Source: Stegostoma tigrinum
Lineage: Eukaryota
DNA: 64,000 bases
NCBI RefSeq assembly: GCF_030684315.1
Contig: NC_081362.1
Coordinates: forward strand, 96,393,187 to 96,457,186
Reading direction: 5' to 3'
Below the pieces are notes generated by a model, which ran no database searches, was not told the DNA's origin, and saw only the letters and a list, made by a program, of their open reading frames with translations. A program made the translations under genes and the position numbers. Positions 12,860-25,316 of this stretch are shown here, piece after piece. The number at the start of each line of letters is the position of its first letter. The stretch's first letter is position 1.

Positions 12860-14090
12860 ATTAGGCCCAATCAAGGATAGTAGTGGTAAGTTGTGTGTGG
12901 AGTCAGAGGAGATAGGGGAAGCGCTAAATGAATATTTTTGAACAGTATTCACTCTAGAAAATGACAATGTTGTCGAGGAGAATACTGAGATAAAGGCTAC
13001 TAGACTAGGTGGGATTGAGGTTCACACGGAAGAGGTATTAGGAATCCTTCAGAAGGTGAAGATAGATAAGTCCCCTGGACCGGATGGGATTTATCCTCGG
13101 ATCCTCTGGGAAGCCAGGGAGGAGATTGCTGAGCCTTTGGCATTGATCTTTAACTCATCATTGTCTACAGGAATAGTGCGAGATGACTGGAGGATAGCAA
13201 ATGTGCTTCCCCTGTTCAAGAGGGGGAGTAGAGACAACCCTGGTAATTATAGACCAGTGAGCCTTACCTCAGTTGTTGGTAAAGTGTTGGAAAAGGTTAT
13301 AAGGGATAGGATTTATAATCATCTAGAAAAGAATAAATTGATTAGGGATAGTAACCGGAAGGCAAAGTACAGGGCTAATGGTAAGATTCTTAGTAGTGTA
13401 GATGAGCAGAGAGATCTCGGTGTCCATGTACACAGATCCTTGAAAGTTGCCACCCAGGTTGACAGGGCTGTTAAGACGACATACAGTGTTTTAGCTTTTA
13501 TTAATAGAGGGATTGAGTTCCGGAACCAAGAGGTCATGGTGAAGCTGTACAAAACTCTGGTGCAGCCGCACGTGGAGTATTGTGTTCAGTTCTGGTCACC
13601 GCATTATAAGAAGGATGTGGATGCTTTGGAAAGGGTGCAGAGGAGATTTACTGGGATGTTGCCTGGTATGGAGGGAAGGTCTTACGAGAAAAGGCTGATG
13701 GATTGAGACTGTTTTTGTTAGAGAGAAGAAGGTTGAGAGGTGACTTAATTGAAACATATAAAATAATCAGAGGGTTAGATAGGGTGGATAGGGAGAGCCT
13801 TTTTCCTAGGATGGTGACGGCGAGCTTGAGGGGGCATAGCTTTCAATTGAGGGGTGAAAGATATAGGACAGATGTCAGGGGTAGTTTCTTTACTCAGAGA
13901 GTAGTAAGGGAATGGAACGCTTTGCCTGCAACGGTAGTAGATTCGCCAACTTTGGGTACATTTAAGTTGTCATTGGACAAGCATATGGACGTACATGGAA
14001 TAGTGTAGGTTAGATGGGCTTGAGATCGGTATGACAGGTCGGCACAACATCGAAGGCCGAAGGGCCTGTACTGTGCTGTAATGTTCTATG
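12860..14090 (+). mobile_element. CR1-clade LINE ORF2 fragment with internal deletion and 3' tail
   Basis: ORFs 13056-13706 and 13703-14008: KSPGPDGIYPR, PGNYRPVSLTSVVGK, EYCVQFWSPHYKKD; tail ctgtactgtgctgtaatgttctatg; inserted in an older minus-strand CR1 3' fragment (about 12590-14270). Confidence 0.9.
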
Positions 14091-14774
14091 TACCCCAGCC
14101 TTGAAAACCCGCCCCAGGAAAAATGCAACTGCTACTAACTTTATCTGTTCGTCTCATTATTTTATAAAGTTCTATGAGTCGGACTGTCATCTCCTACCCT
14201 CCAGTGAAACAAGTCCCAGCCTTTCATTATAACCCAAACATTCCACCCAGCAACATTCTGGTAAATCTCTTCATGGTCAACATTTGACTCTTAATTCCAG
14301 GTATTTTTACTGAATTCAAACTCCACCAGCTACCAGACATCCCCTGAACATTCCCTGGGTCTCTGGATTGATAAACAAATGATAAAATTGCTCAGCCATC
14401 ACCTTGGTGAGGGGAAGCTTGTCAATCCAGTGTGTTCATAAACAACATTTATTTTTATGTCGTGTTCAGAATTGACCTGGGAATTTGCATTAAATGGAAG
14501 TCACAGCTGCTTGAAGAAATGCATGATAAACTTTGATGTGAATTGGGAGTCTGAGCTGCTGAGGCCTGGAGTCAGGAACCCAAAACTGTGCCTTTCCTTC
14601 CCAGGCTTTCTACACCATGCATAACTGTGTTCAACTTGCCCCCCGCTCCAGAAGCCCCTTCGTCACAATCCACCTCCCCCATCCTTCCCCTCCCTTTCCC
14701 AGATTGCCGACCCTAGACTGCAGGCATTTGTCACCATATATGTACACATTAGATTCAAACTAGTGGTTTGTTTT

Positions 14775-15100
14775 TAATTCATTTATGGAATGTAGGCATC
14801 ACTGTCTGTGCCAGCATTCATTGTCAATCCCTAATTGCCCAGAGGACAGTCAGGAGTCACCCACATTACTGTGGGTCTGGAGTCACACGCAGGCCTGACC
14901 AGTAAGGGCAGCAGATTTCCTTCCCTAAAAGACATTAGTGCACAGGTGAGTTTTGTGACAATTGACAACGGTTACATAGTCACCATTAGAATAGTTCATT
15001 TTATTCCAGTGTACACTTTTTAATTGAATTCAAATTTGACCATCTGTCACAGTAGGCTTTGCACCTAATCCACAAATCATGATGCGGGTGTTCTGGGTCG
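14775..15100 (-). mobile_element. SacSINE1/DeuSINE-like SINE; related copies at about 5880, 7000, 11790, 17540, 19190, 20930, 41630 and 43990 (-), and 25636 and 54690 (+)
   Basis: Shared text ccagcatttattgcccatccctaattgccc...gtgggtctggagtcaca...ggcagatttccttccctaaa.gacattagtg...attgaattcaaatt; family name recalled from the consensus, not from a search. Confidence 0.65.
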
Positions 15101-16545
15101 CAAATGACCCTTTAATCAGGAGGTGTCGTTTTGCTGATGTTTCTGAGTTTCTTTTGAGATCCTCTGTATCTTTTATTTCCAGACCCTCTCGTCTTTTAGT
15201 TTTACTCTGTGTCCAGCTGCAATTGCTTGGGATGGGGCAGTCACTTGCAAAGGAATTGCTTCCTGGGTTGTGGGGAGAAAGCAGGTGGAGTGAGACTCAT
15301 TGGGCAAATTTTTCAATGAACTGACAGAGCCATATCAGACTGAATGGCGTCCCCCATGCTCTTTCATTCCTCCATTAGATCCAATGACCTCAAAGACCAA
15401 GCTTAAAGCAAAATACTGTGGATACTGGCAATCTGAAATTTGAAAGAAAAAACACTGCTGGAGAAACTCAGCAGGCCTGGCAACATTTTCAGTGAAAGAA
15501 ACAGAGTTAATGTCTCGGGATTGTGACCTTTCAGGGAACAGGGAAATGTTAGTGATAATAAAATGTGAGGCTGGATGAACACAGCAGGCCAAGCAGCATC
15601 TCAGGAGCACAAAAGCTGACGTTTCGGGCCTAGACCCTTCATCAGAGCCTCTGATGAAGGGTCTAGGCCCGAAACGTCAGCTTTTGTGCTCCTGAGATGC
15701 TGCTTGGCCTGCTGTGTTCATCCAGCCTCACATTTTATTATCTTGGAATCTCCAGCATCTGCAGTTCCCATTATCACTGATACTATTTTAACCTCACTGC
15801 GAAGCCTCTTTCAGGGATGCCTAACCTGAAGAAGTTACCCTCCTCCCTCCGGACCAACCTCAGGGAATCTCTCTCCCATTGCAACTCTCTTGTAATCTCT
15901 TCGGCCTTGAAACTGCTCGACCATGTCCTGAAGCAAACCAGGTACCACAGCCACATCACCTTTCTCAGCACCTGCCTACGGAACCAGATCATCCCCAAGG
16001 GACTACAGTCCACATTTCAGCCTTCCCAATTTGTCCCCAACCGTGACCACCTCTACACCCAGAATATTCAGACCCTTCAGAAGCGGTTCTCCCTGCGAGT
16101 CCTGAAACAGACACTTGCAGCCATGCGCCGGCACCTCCAGGCACTGCAATCCAACCTGCCCCAGCTCAGAGCCTCCCTCTCCCAGACCTGCAAAGGACCC
16201 CTGCTGTTTTTTATCCTCCGCAGGATCCACAGACTGAACACCCAGTTCCACTCAGCTTTACTGGACACCAAAAATCGTAAGTACAACCAACTCACTGGCC
16301 CCTGCCACCCACAAGAGGATTCCTGCGCCTCCCAAATCCCGACTCTGTCCCTGCCCCTCCCCCACCATGCACCCGCCGCCATTGACCATGAGGACACGGC
16401 CGGAGACCCCACCGATGACGTCACATCCGCCTCCGCCGGCCACAGAACTTCCGGAACCGCTGCTGCAGTCACCACCTCCACGTCCAGGTACTACAGCCCA
16501 CACACCACCCTCACCTCAGCTGCTGCCGCCCACCCCGATCCTCCC

Positions 16546-16657
16546 ACCGCCGACGGAACCCCGCCCACGGTCGACGCCGACGGAACCCCGCCCACGGTCG
16601 ACGCCGACGGAACCCCGCCCACGGTCGACGCCGACGGAACCCCGCCCACGGCCGACG
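16546..16657 (+). repeat. 27-bp tandem repeat, about 4 copies, inside the PLE ORF (DGTPPTVDA)
   Basis: gccgacggaaccccgcccacggtcgac repeated in frame. Confidence 0.95.
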
Positions 16658-16927
16658 ACATCATCGCTCCGCCCACAACCTCCACAGCCTGTAACCCCAG
16701 AGGAGACAGCCACCCTGAGCCCTGCCGAATCTTCACCATCCCCCCAGACCTCCCACTGACTGAGGACGAACGGTCAGTCCTGAGCAAGGGGCTCACCTTT
16801 GTCCCCCTACAACCACACATCAACGAATACCAGTCACGGTCGGACATAGAGCAGTTTTTCCGCCGTCTTCGCCTGCATGCCTACTTCTTCAACCGGGAAC
16901 CCAACCCTCCTTCCACTGACCCCTTAA

Positions 16928-16969
16928 AAAAGCTCTGATGAAGGGTCTAGGCCCGAAACGTCAGCTTTT
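16928..16969 (+). ncRNA. Minimal type I hammerhead ribozyme motif in the Penelope terminal repeat
   Basis: AAAAGCU-CUGAUGA-A-GGGU(CUAG)GCCC-GAAAC-GUC-AGCUUUU: intact core, stem II, GUC triplet at 16960-16962 and a perfect 7-bp stem I. Confidence 0.75.
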
Positions 16970-19014
16970 GTGCTCCTGAGATGCTGCTGGGCCTGCTGTG
17001 TTCATCCAGCCTCACATTTTATTATCTTGGATTCTCCAGCATCTGCAGTTCCCATTATCAGGGAAATGTTAGTCATCCTTTTAGTTTTTAGTAAGGACAA
17101 AGTCAGGGATAGTTGGAAAGGAGAAGGATAAAAGAGGAGGTCCGTGACAGGGAGGAGGCAAACAAAATTAAATGAATGAAGGGATGATGGTGCAATTTGA
17201 CTGAAGATAAGATTGGAAGGTCTGGGGAGGTGGGGGTAGCCACAGCAGAAATGTGACCATCAGCAGCTGTGCAAATAAATTGGAGACATACTTATGATCA
17301 GAAATTGTTGAGCTCAGTGCTAACTCTGGATGGTTGAAGGTGGCTTGGTTTAGATCACATTGGTCTTTTATATAGAGATGTGTGAGAGGCTAGGACATAT
17401 AGGTTAGACTGAAAATGGTGAGAAGAGAAGTGATGAGGAGCATAGGGACATGCTTGTGGACCAAGTGTGGACTGAATATGTGTTCAATTAACACACACAC
17501 ACACACACACACACACAGTTCGAAAGGGAATTTTCTTCATATTCATTCACAAGATGTGACCATCGCTTACGAGGCCAGCATTTATTGCCCATCCCTAACT
17601 GCCCACAAGATAACAATTACTCTCATGACTGTGAATCTGGAGTCACAAACCAGAGAAGGACACTAAAAGACATTACTGAATCAGGTAGGTTTTCACTGAC
17701 AGTTGACAATAGCTTCATGATCATCATTAGACTCCTAATTCCAGATATTTATTGAATTCAAATTCCACCGGGTGCCAAGACAGGATTCAAGCCCAGGTCC
17801 CCAGAACATTGTCTGGGTTTCTGGGTTAATAGTCCCATGCTAATAGCACAAAACCATCACTTCCCCTAATTGGTCAAGTTGTTGCCATTGAGGATCAAAG
17901 GGAGATATTCAAAGTGAAATTCATATTGTTGGCCTTTGAAATGATAAATTGCAGATTCAGGACAGTTAGAACAGCTGTTCCTCCCAGGAGAGACCGTGCT
18001 ACTAATTTCTGTGAAATGGAGAGATGCTGTGCTACAGAAGGTCATTCCTTGTTATTTCTAATTCTCACTCAAAATGCAATGTTTTTTGTCTTGAGAGTGA
18101 CAATGTTTTCAGCTCAACGTGTCCCCATTTCTGTATTGTATTTGTCAGGTTTCTGGAGCACAAAGTTAGAGCCATGTTGGACCAAAGGGTGAAAAGCAGT
18201 CAGCTCACTTTTCGCAATTTCTCAGTCTTCTCTCACTTTGTATGGAGGAGAAGCCTGTTATTAATTTTTTTCCAGCCTATTTTCCTCCTTTTGTCTTCTG
18301 TATAATTTATTCCTGTACAGTGACCATATTCAAACACCTTATCCTCTGAGATCGAAGTTATCCAGATGGTAGAGGTCAGGATAGGGGAGTAGGAGGAGGG
18401 GAGGGGTCTGGAGTTACTCATGTAAAACTCACCTCAAGAACAGATCACAGAGTGAACACTATAAGATAAGTAGAAACAAAGGTTTCTGGAGGGATTTCTG
18501 GGAGGAATGAGGAGGCCAATCTACGGCAAAGGAGGATTCTCATGACGGTACAGGGCAATTACTTTAATGTGCTTATCTGGCCGACCACCTCCCACAATTA
18601 TAGCCAGGCTTGAGGAAATCTCTGGATTATTACCTGAGGCATGTGCAAGCTGAGACAGGCCAAAGCTGAGTGGCCAGATCAATGTACAGCACTAAACTGA
18701 TGTGGAGAAGTGGGTTCCAGATATCCCAAATGGAATTTGTACCAGTGGGATGGGCTCCACACGTACCATGATGGAGACAATGTTCTCCTCAGCTGTAAAA
18801 TAATGTAAAAGACAGGGCTTAAAACTGAGAAGTTACATGAAGAGTTCAATTTTAGGAAGAGGTGACAAATCAATAAAGCAGAAAGATGGTAAGAGAGAAA
18901 GATGTTTCCAAAGGTCGTGACAACCTTCTGTGATGAGCCAGGATCTTTCTGAAAGTCCATGTCGATATCTCCTGCTCCTAGTTCACAGCTTCTCATGTAA
19001 CCGAAGAGAAAGTT

Positions 19015-19165
19015 ACTTCCTCAAAGTAAAGAGGAAGTCTGTGGAAGAAGCTTCTTTGCCTGTGTTAGGTCAATAAGCCAAATTTAAACTGTGAAAGCCA
19101 ACATGAGCCAGGGAGAGTTTTTTAACTTTTAAACTGTGAAAGCCAACATGAGTCAGGGAGAGTTT
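19015..19165 (+). promoter_or_regulatory. Candidate haematopoietic enhancer/promoter: inverted ETS pair including a PU.1-type site, plus an AP-1 site
   Basis: acttcctc (19015-19022), aaagaggaagt (19028-19038), tgagtca (19149-19155) in non-repeat sequence 3.3 kb upstream of the leader mini-exon; motif match only. Confidence 0.35.
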
Positions 19166-19419
19166 CTCTAATTTGAGACTGTTTTCTTTTTCATTTACTG
19201 GATATGGGCATTGCTGGCTCGGCCAGCATTTATTACCCTCCCCTAATTACCCAGAGAGCCATTCAGAATCAACCACATTGCTATGGGTCTGGAGTCACAT
19301 GTCGGCCAGTCTGGGTAAGGATGGCAAGTTTCCTTCCTTAGAAGACATTCATGAACCAGATGGGTATCTCCAACAAGCGTCAGCAGCCTCATGGGCATCA
19401 TTCAACTCTTAATTCCAGG

Positions 19420-20850
19420 CATTTTTATGAATTAAAATTTGGGCGGAGGTAATAATTCACCAAAGTGAAAAAAAATTAAGAGAGGAACATACTCACATAG
19501 GACGTGAAAAACATACCATGATAGGAAGGGGCAGACCAAACCAATTTAAATGTTTATCAGTAGATAAGACGATATGCCACAAAAATTCGAGGCCATGTCT
19601 TATCTGAATGCACTTTGCATTCAAAGCAAAAAAAGACAGACTGTAAGCCAGGAAATAGTGGTGTGGTTGTTCTGTTAACTAATGATGGTATGAGCGCAAT
19701 ATAGGAGGATGAAAAAGTTCAACATCTTGGGTTGCCAAAAGAAGCTTGTGTGAAAATAAGAAATGATGAACATAAGAATTCACATTTGAAAGCGACATAT
19801 TGCCTTCCCAACTGTGCCCATGTGCTCGATTGGAGTATAAAGGTAAAAATAATGGAGATGTAAGAACTGCCAATGCTGAAGTGAGAAATAACAGAAGCTT
19901 GTTGGAAAGTTATTGTCATAACCATGCTGAATTTTAATTTCAATATATATTACAAAACTTAGATGGGGTAATGTAACCTCGATTAGGAATTCATGGAATG
20001 CTTTTAGGATAATTTTTTGGATCAGCAGATTCTGGAGCCAACCAGAGAGCTTGGTACAACAAAATATAATTAATTAATAATCTCACAGAGAAAGCATTCC
20101 CTAGGTAACAGTGAACATATTCTGATTAAATTTTACATTCAGTGTGAGGGAGATGAGTGGGTCCAAGACTAATATTTTATTCATAAATAAGAACTATGAT
20201 GAGGACATGAAAGCAGAGCTAGCTGTTGTGAACTGGTGTATGGGACATAGCCAAAGGTCTACAGAGGTAGGTTATAAAAAAAAACAAAAATTGGCTTGGA
20301 GGTTATGAAGGAGAGCAAATTAGAGTATGAAAGAAATTTAGCTAGAATTAAAAATCAGTAAGAGATTCTATAGGAAAGAAAGATTTTCAAATGCATATTG
20401 GAACTGTAGGAAATGAAAGTGAAGAATATGATTTGAAAAGGCATTGATCTTCACAAGAGGGGATATAAACAATATTCAAGAAATAGTTGTAAGCCTGGAA
20501 CTGGAAGGGAGGGAGGAACTCAATAATATTATAGTCACTGCAGAAGTGGCACTGAGTAAATTGTTGGAACTATACACAGTCAAGTCTGGGTCTTGATGGA
20601 CATCATTGTAGGATCCTAACAGAAGTAGCTGGTGAAATATTTGACACATCGATTCTGAATTTTCAAAATTCCATGGATTCAAGGAAATTTCTTTCAGACA
20701 GAATCAGGAAACAATAGACCAGTTAGCTCAACATCTGTCAGAGGGAAAATGTTGGAAGCTATTCTTAAAAATATTATGATAAAACACTCAGGAAAAGTCA
20801 AAGTAATCTGCGTGGTTTTGTGAAGGAATCATTCTGGTTAACCAATTTAT
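19420..20850 (+). mobile_element. Highly decayed CR1-clade LINE (APE/RT remnants)
   Basis: Remnants such as tatctgaatgcac, ctaggtaacagtgaacat, agaccagttagctcaacatc and aaccaatttattggagtt; no open frame. Confidence 0.6.
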
Positions 20851-22004
20851 TGGAGTTCAGACTCTAATTTGGAAGTGCAGAACTCAAGTACTGCTGAAAA
20901 CAAATATCTTTTGACTTTATTTAAACTTGCTTTTGAGGACATGTGGTGTTAGTGACAAGGCTAACATATTTTGCCATTCATTATTGCCCTTGCTCTGAGA
21001 GGCTTGCTGGGCTATTTAAGCGTACAGCTCAGTGTCAGGCCCTTTGCTGTGGATCTGGACTCACATGTAGGCCAGGCTCGGTAAGGCTGGCAGATTTCTT
21101 TCCCTGAAGGATATTACTGAATGAGATGGGCTTTGACAACAATCAACAATAGTTATATGAATGCCATTATGCCAGCTTTTAATTTGATATTTTTATTGAA
21201 TGCAAATTCAACTAGTTGCCATCATGGGACTTGAAACTCTGCCCCTGGAACATTGCCCTGAGGTTCGCCTTATTCCAGTGACATTTCCACCAGGTCACCA
21301 CCTCCCCTATATCCAGTATGACAATTTGAAAGAAACACCAAGTACAGGGAAGAATTACTGTAATGCAAGGGAATCCTGTTTGTTTAGTAAGTGGACAATG
21401 GATGGTCATGTGTCATTGGCCAGTCTTTTGGACATTTGACGGATATATCTGTCAGAACATTGGCACTAAAACTCATTTACCACATTGCGCATTTGACAGA
21501 ATGCCTTTCTGGCTCAATGTCAGTGTCCTGTTACTTGTGAACACCATTCACATAGCAGCAGCATGAAACAGCTAACTTCACCCGTTACATCGGCTGTTTG
21601 CAACAAAGTAGATAGCCTGTCTGTACCCAACCAGCCCCATGTTGAAAAAACACAACACAATGTGTCCAACATTTGAGGGAAACGTCGAAAAGATAGTTCC
21701 TCTTCTAGGAGAATCATAAACAAGAGATCAATGTTTAAATATCAAGGCTTGTTCATTGCAAGCAGGAGTGAAGTAGGTTTAGCCCAGGGTATTGTCGTAT
21801 GGCAAGTAGGCTTGAGGGGCTGAGCGGTCTACTCCTGCTCCGAGTGAGCATGTTTGTATATTTGCATGTAGTTTTACCAGATTTCATTCTCAAACTTTGA
21901 TTACAGTGTATCAGATCAAGATGTTACTACCCACAGACAACTGTAGCTTAATGACAGCCATGAAATGAAAGGACTGCTTGCTCAGGATAGGGCATTGTGA
22001 ATGT

Positions 22005-22230
22005 TTGTATGTGTGAGTGTCTCTGTGAGTATGTCTGTGGGTGAGTCTGTGTGTGTGTGTGAGAGAGTTTGAGTATGTGTATGTGTGAATGAATGCATTT
22101 GGGTGTTAGTCAGAGAGAGAGAGTGCAAGTGAGGGAGAGACTGCATATGAGTGAAAAGTGTGTGTAGACGTGTGTGTGAGAGAATGCGTGTGTGAAAGAG
22201 ATCATGTGTGTATGCGTTTGTGTGTGTTTG
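22005..22230 (+). repeat. Degenerate (GT/GA)n tract; a (CA)n tract follows at about 22535-22640
   Basis: Direct reading; the two complementary tracts flank the mini-exon. Confidence 0.9.
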
Positions 22231-22348
22231 CTTCAGAAATAAGTAGACCCTCAATCAATTACAGGGAACAGAACAAATGTATGCTGTGCTCTTTAATCTT
22301 GGTTTTGCCTGAAACATTTTTCTGGAATTTCTTGCATTTTCTCCTCAG

Positions 22349-22369
22349 CAGGGTCTGTCCTAACCAATG
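22349..22369 (+). CDS. IgSF receptor: putative second leader mini-exon (21 nt, or 18 nt from 22352), xGSVLTN
   Basis: Pyrimidine tract ttcttgcattttctcctcag|cag| acceptor (NAGNAG), strong donor ATG|GTGAGT, phase 1-1 compatible with the V1 exon; the upstream ATG exon was not identified. Confidence 0.55.
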
Positions 22370-22532
22370 GTGAGTGAATTTGCTGTATTTTCACATCCGA
22401 AGTTTTCTGCACTTTTCATATCTCTGTGCTAACTTTAATGCTGTGTGAATCCGACTGGATGCTGGTCTTGTTCAGCTCCACCAAATCAGTACTGTCTCTG
22501 ACTGTCTCTCTCACACACGTACTTTCAGTCTG

Positions 22533-22581
<49 letters not shown>

Positions 22582-22699
22582 GAGACACACACTCATTCAC
22601 ACACTACCTCACAAATATACACACACTGTTTCACACAAACATGGACTTACATACAAGAGACACAAATACACACATCATACTGACACACAAAAATAGTGG

Positions 22700-23790
22700 T
22701 CGAAAACGCCCTCCACCAGGTCTCGCACATTTCCCACAACTCATGCCTAACAACACCCAACTCCCGGCAATAACAACCAAAACAGAATCCCCCTCGTCCT
22801 CATGTACCATCCCACTAACCTCCAGACCCAACACATCATCCTCTGGCACTTCTGCCATCTGCAATCTGACCCCACCACCAAAGATATTTTTTCCCTCCGT
22901 ACCCTTATCTGCTTTCCAGAGGGTCCACTCTCTCCATGACTCCCTTTTCTGCTCCACCAGCCCCACCCCACCAGGCACTTTTCCCTGCAACTGCAAGAAG
23001 TGCTAAACATGCCTACACCCATCCCAGGCCCCAAGAAGACCTTCCACATCAAACAGATGTTCACCTGCACATCTGCTAATGTGGTATACTGTATCCGCAG
23101 TTCCCAATGTGGCCTCCTCTACATCGGGGAGACCAAGCGGAGGCTTGGGGGCTGCATTGTGGAACACCTACACTTGGATAGCTGCAAATGAAAGCACCTC
23201 CCAGTCGCGAACCATTTCAACTCCCACTCCCACTCTTTGGATGACATGTCCATCCTGGGCCTCCTGCAGTGCCATGACGATGCCACCCAAAGATTTCAGG
23301 AACAGCACCTCATATTTCACTGCAGCCCAATGGTATCAATGTGGACTTCACAAGCTTCAAAATCTCCCCTCCCCCAACCATATCCCAAAACCAGCCCATC
23401 TTGTCCCCACCTCCCTAACCTGTCCGTCCTCCCACCTAACCACTCCTCCCACCTCAAGCCCCTCTCCCATCTTCTACCTCCCAGCATCATTCCGCCTCCT
23501 TGACCTGACTGTCTTCCTTGGAGTGACCTATCTCCTCCCTAACTCCCCACCTACACTCACCTTTACTGGCTCCATTCCCGCCTCTTTGACCTGTCTGTTT
23601 CCTCTCACCCTATCATCTCCTCTATCCATCTTCTATCTGCCTCCCCCTCCCTCCCTGTTTATTTAAGAACCCCCTTCCCCTCCCCCATTTCTGAAGAAGA
23701 GTCGAGGCCCAAACATCGGCTTTCCTGCTCCTCTGATGCTGGTTGGTCTGCTGTGGTCATCCAGCTCTACAACTTTTTATCTCAAAATTT
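22700..23790 (+). mobile_element. Penelope-like element 3' fragment (GIY-YIG), frameshifted
   Basis: FHIKQMFTCTSANVVYCIRSSQCGLLYIGETKRRLG; pyrimidine-rich UTR and terminal repeat. Confidence 0.85.
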
Positions 23791-24777
23791 AGAGGTTGCT
23801 GGAGAAGGAAGCTGTAAACATGAAATAGACATTTCAGAACACTCGAACACACAGACAAACTGCTGTTATTCCTGCATGGATCTGAGGCAGATACAATCTA
23901 CAACATGCAGGGTCAGCAATATTAAGGCCAACTCCAAAGCACATTCCTTTCCAGATTGATCATGGACCCCTGGCTACTGGGACATGGTAGCTTTGTCATT
24001 CTGCAAGGATGTGATTAAATAGATGAGATTAAGAAGCCTCCTTTCTCAGATCATACGCCATTCTTTTGAGCTGGAAATTTAAAAATCTCATCAAACAGGC
24101 AGATTTCCCATGTTTTCCTGTTCATTCTAATGACCATTGTCATTACGAACAGCATTGAAGTATAAATCCGCAGCAGGAATGCGAACTCAGTCGCAGTTTC
24201 AGTGATAATGGGAACTGCAGATGCTGGAGAATCCAAGATAATAAACTGTGAGGCGGGATGAACACAGCAGGCCAAGCAGCATCTCAGTTGCAGTTTCTCC
24301 GTTTTTGGGTTGACCTTATCCCGTGGAATTGCTGGTCACATCAGGGCAATGTGGAAAAAAAAGTATGGTCTGGTGAGAGGTGACAAACTTGAAATAAATT
24401 CTCTGCTTTTCTCTCCACAGATCCTGCCAGACTTGCTGAGTTTCTCCTGTACTTTTTGTGTTCTTTTGTATATTTCAGATTTCCAGAATCTGCACTATTT
24501 TGCTCAGGCTAGCTCTGAAGAAGGGTCACTCGGCTGGAAACGTTCACTCTGTTTCTCTCTCCACAGACACTGCCAGACCTGCCGAATTCTGTTTTTGTTT
24601 AGTTCAGATCTCCAGCACCGACAGTACTTTGTTTTAATTTTACATTTAAAATAAGTCGCCGACAACACCAATGTTAACAACACAGAATATGTGTCTGTCA
24701 ATGCACAGGCATTTTGAGAACTGCTATGATTTGAAGGTGTTTATTATGTTCTAATCTCAGTTATTTTTGATTCACAG

Positions 24778-25131
24778 GTCGGGTGGATACACAGACAACT
24801 CTTCTCCAATTCCCTGAAGCTGTGACAGTGACTGAGGGTGGCACAGTGACATTTCGCTGTGATTTGCGAAGCAGCAATGCTGATTCCACTGTGAACAGAT
24901 ATGATCTACACTGGCACCATTCACGTGGTGGGCTGAAAATATTGAGTCATTATGTAAACGGCCGTGTTTACCGATCGAGAGGATTCTCTGAGCGGTTCCA
25001 GCTTCCCAGAAATGTAACCAGTAACAGTTACATTCTGACCATCAGAGACCTGAAGCTCACTGACAGCAACACCTACAACTGTGAGATTTGGGGGAAGATC
25101 TATGGAAACGGAACCCGCCTGAATGTAACCA
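24778..25131 (+). CDS. IgSF receptor exon: V-set domain 1 with built-in J-like strand
   Basis: ttcacag| ... ACC A|GTAAGT, phase 1-1; GRVDTQTTLLQFPEAVTVTEGGTVTFRC...LHW...GFSERF...YILTIRDLKLTDSNTYNCEIWGKIYGNGTRLNVT. Confidence 0.92.
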
Positions 25132-25316
25132 GTAAGTACTCTCTAATATTATATTAATTTTGTTCCAAATATGATGATTAAATTACCATCTCACAAAGAA
25201 ATGAATGTGACAACATCGTCACTTATACAGTGGAAGTTATCGCCTCAAAACAGAGTAAAATCTGGATTAAACGTGTCGATGTGTGAACGTGCTCCAACAA
25301 CATCTTACACAGAGTT

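Larger units (their letters stand above)
15554..17058 (+). mobile_element. Young Penelope-like insertion: inverted partial terminal repeat + terminal repeat + 5' part of ORF + terminal repeat
   Basis: ORF 15817-16938 with HITFLSTCLRNQIIPKGL and LTEDERSVLSKGLTFVP (PLE N-terminal motifs), no RT domain; near-identical ~125 bp repeats at 15649-15776 and 16933-17060; TSD cagggaaatgttagt at 15539-15553 and 17059-17073; CpG-rich. Confidence 0.9.

Noticed and set aside
21501-21566. Signal-peptide-like MPFWLNVSVLLL as leader exon 1 (other candidates near 18078, 18886 and 22281)
   Set aside because: None has a convincing phase-1 donor compatible with the downstream exons
24842-24848. Perfect RSS heptamer CACAGTG inside V1
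   Set aside because: It lies in the FR1 coding sequence with no nonamer at 12 or 23 bp, and the V exons already contain their J-like strand; there is no evidence of a rearranging locus
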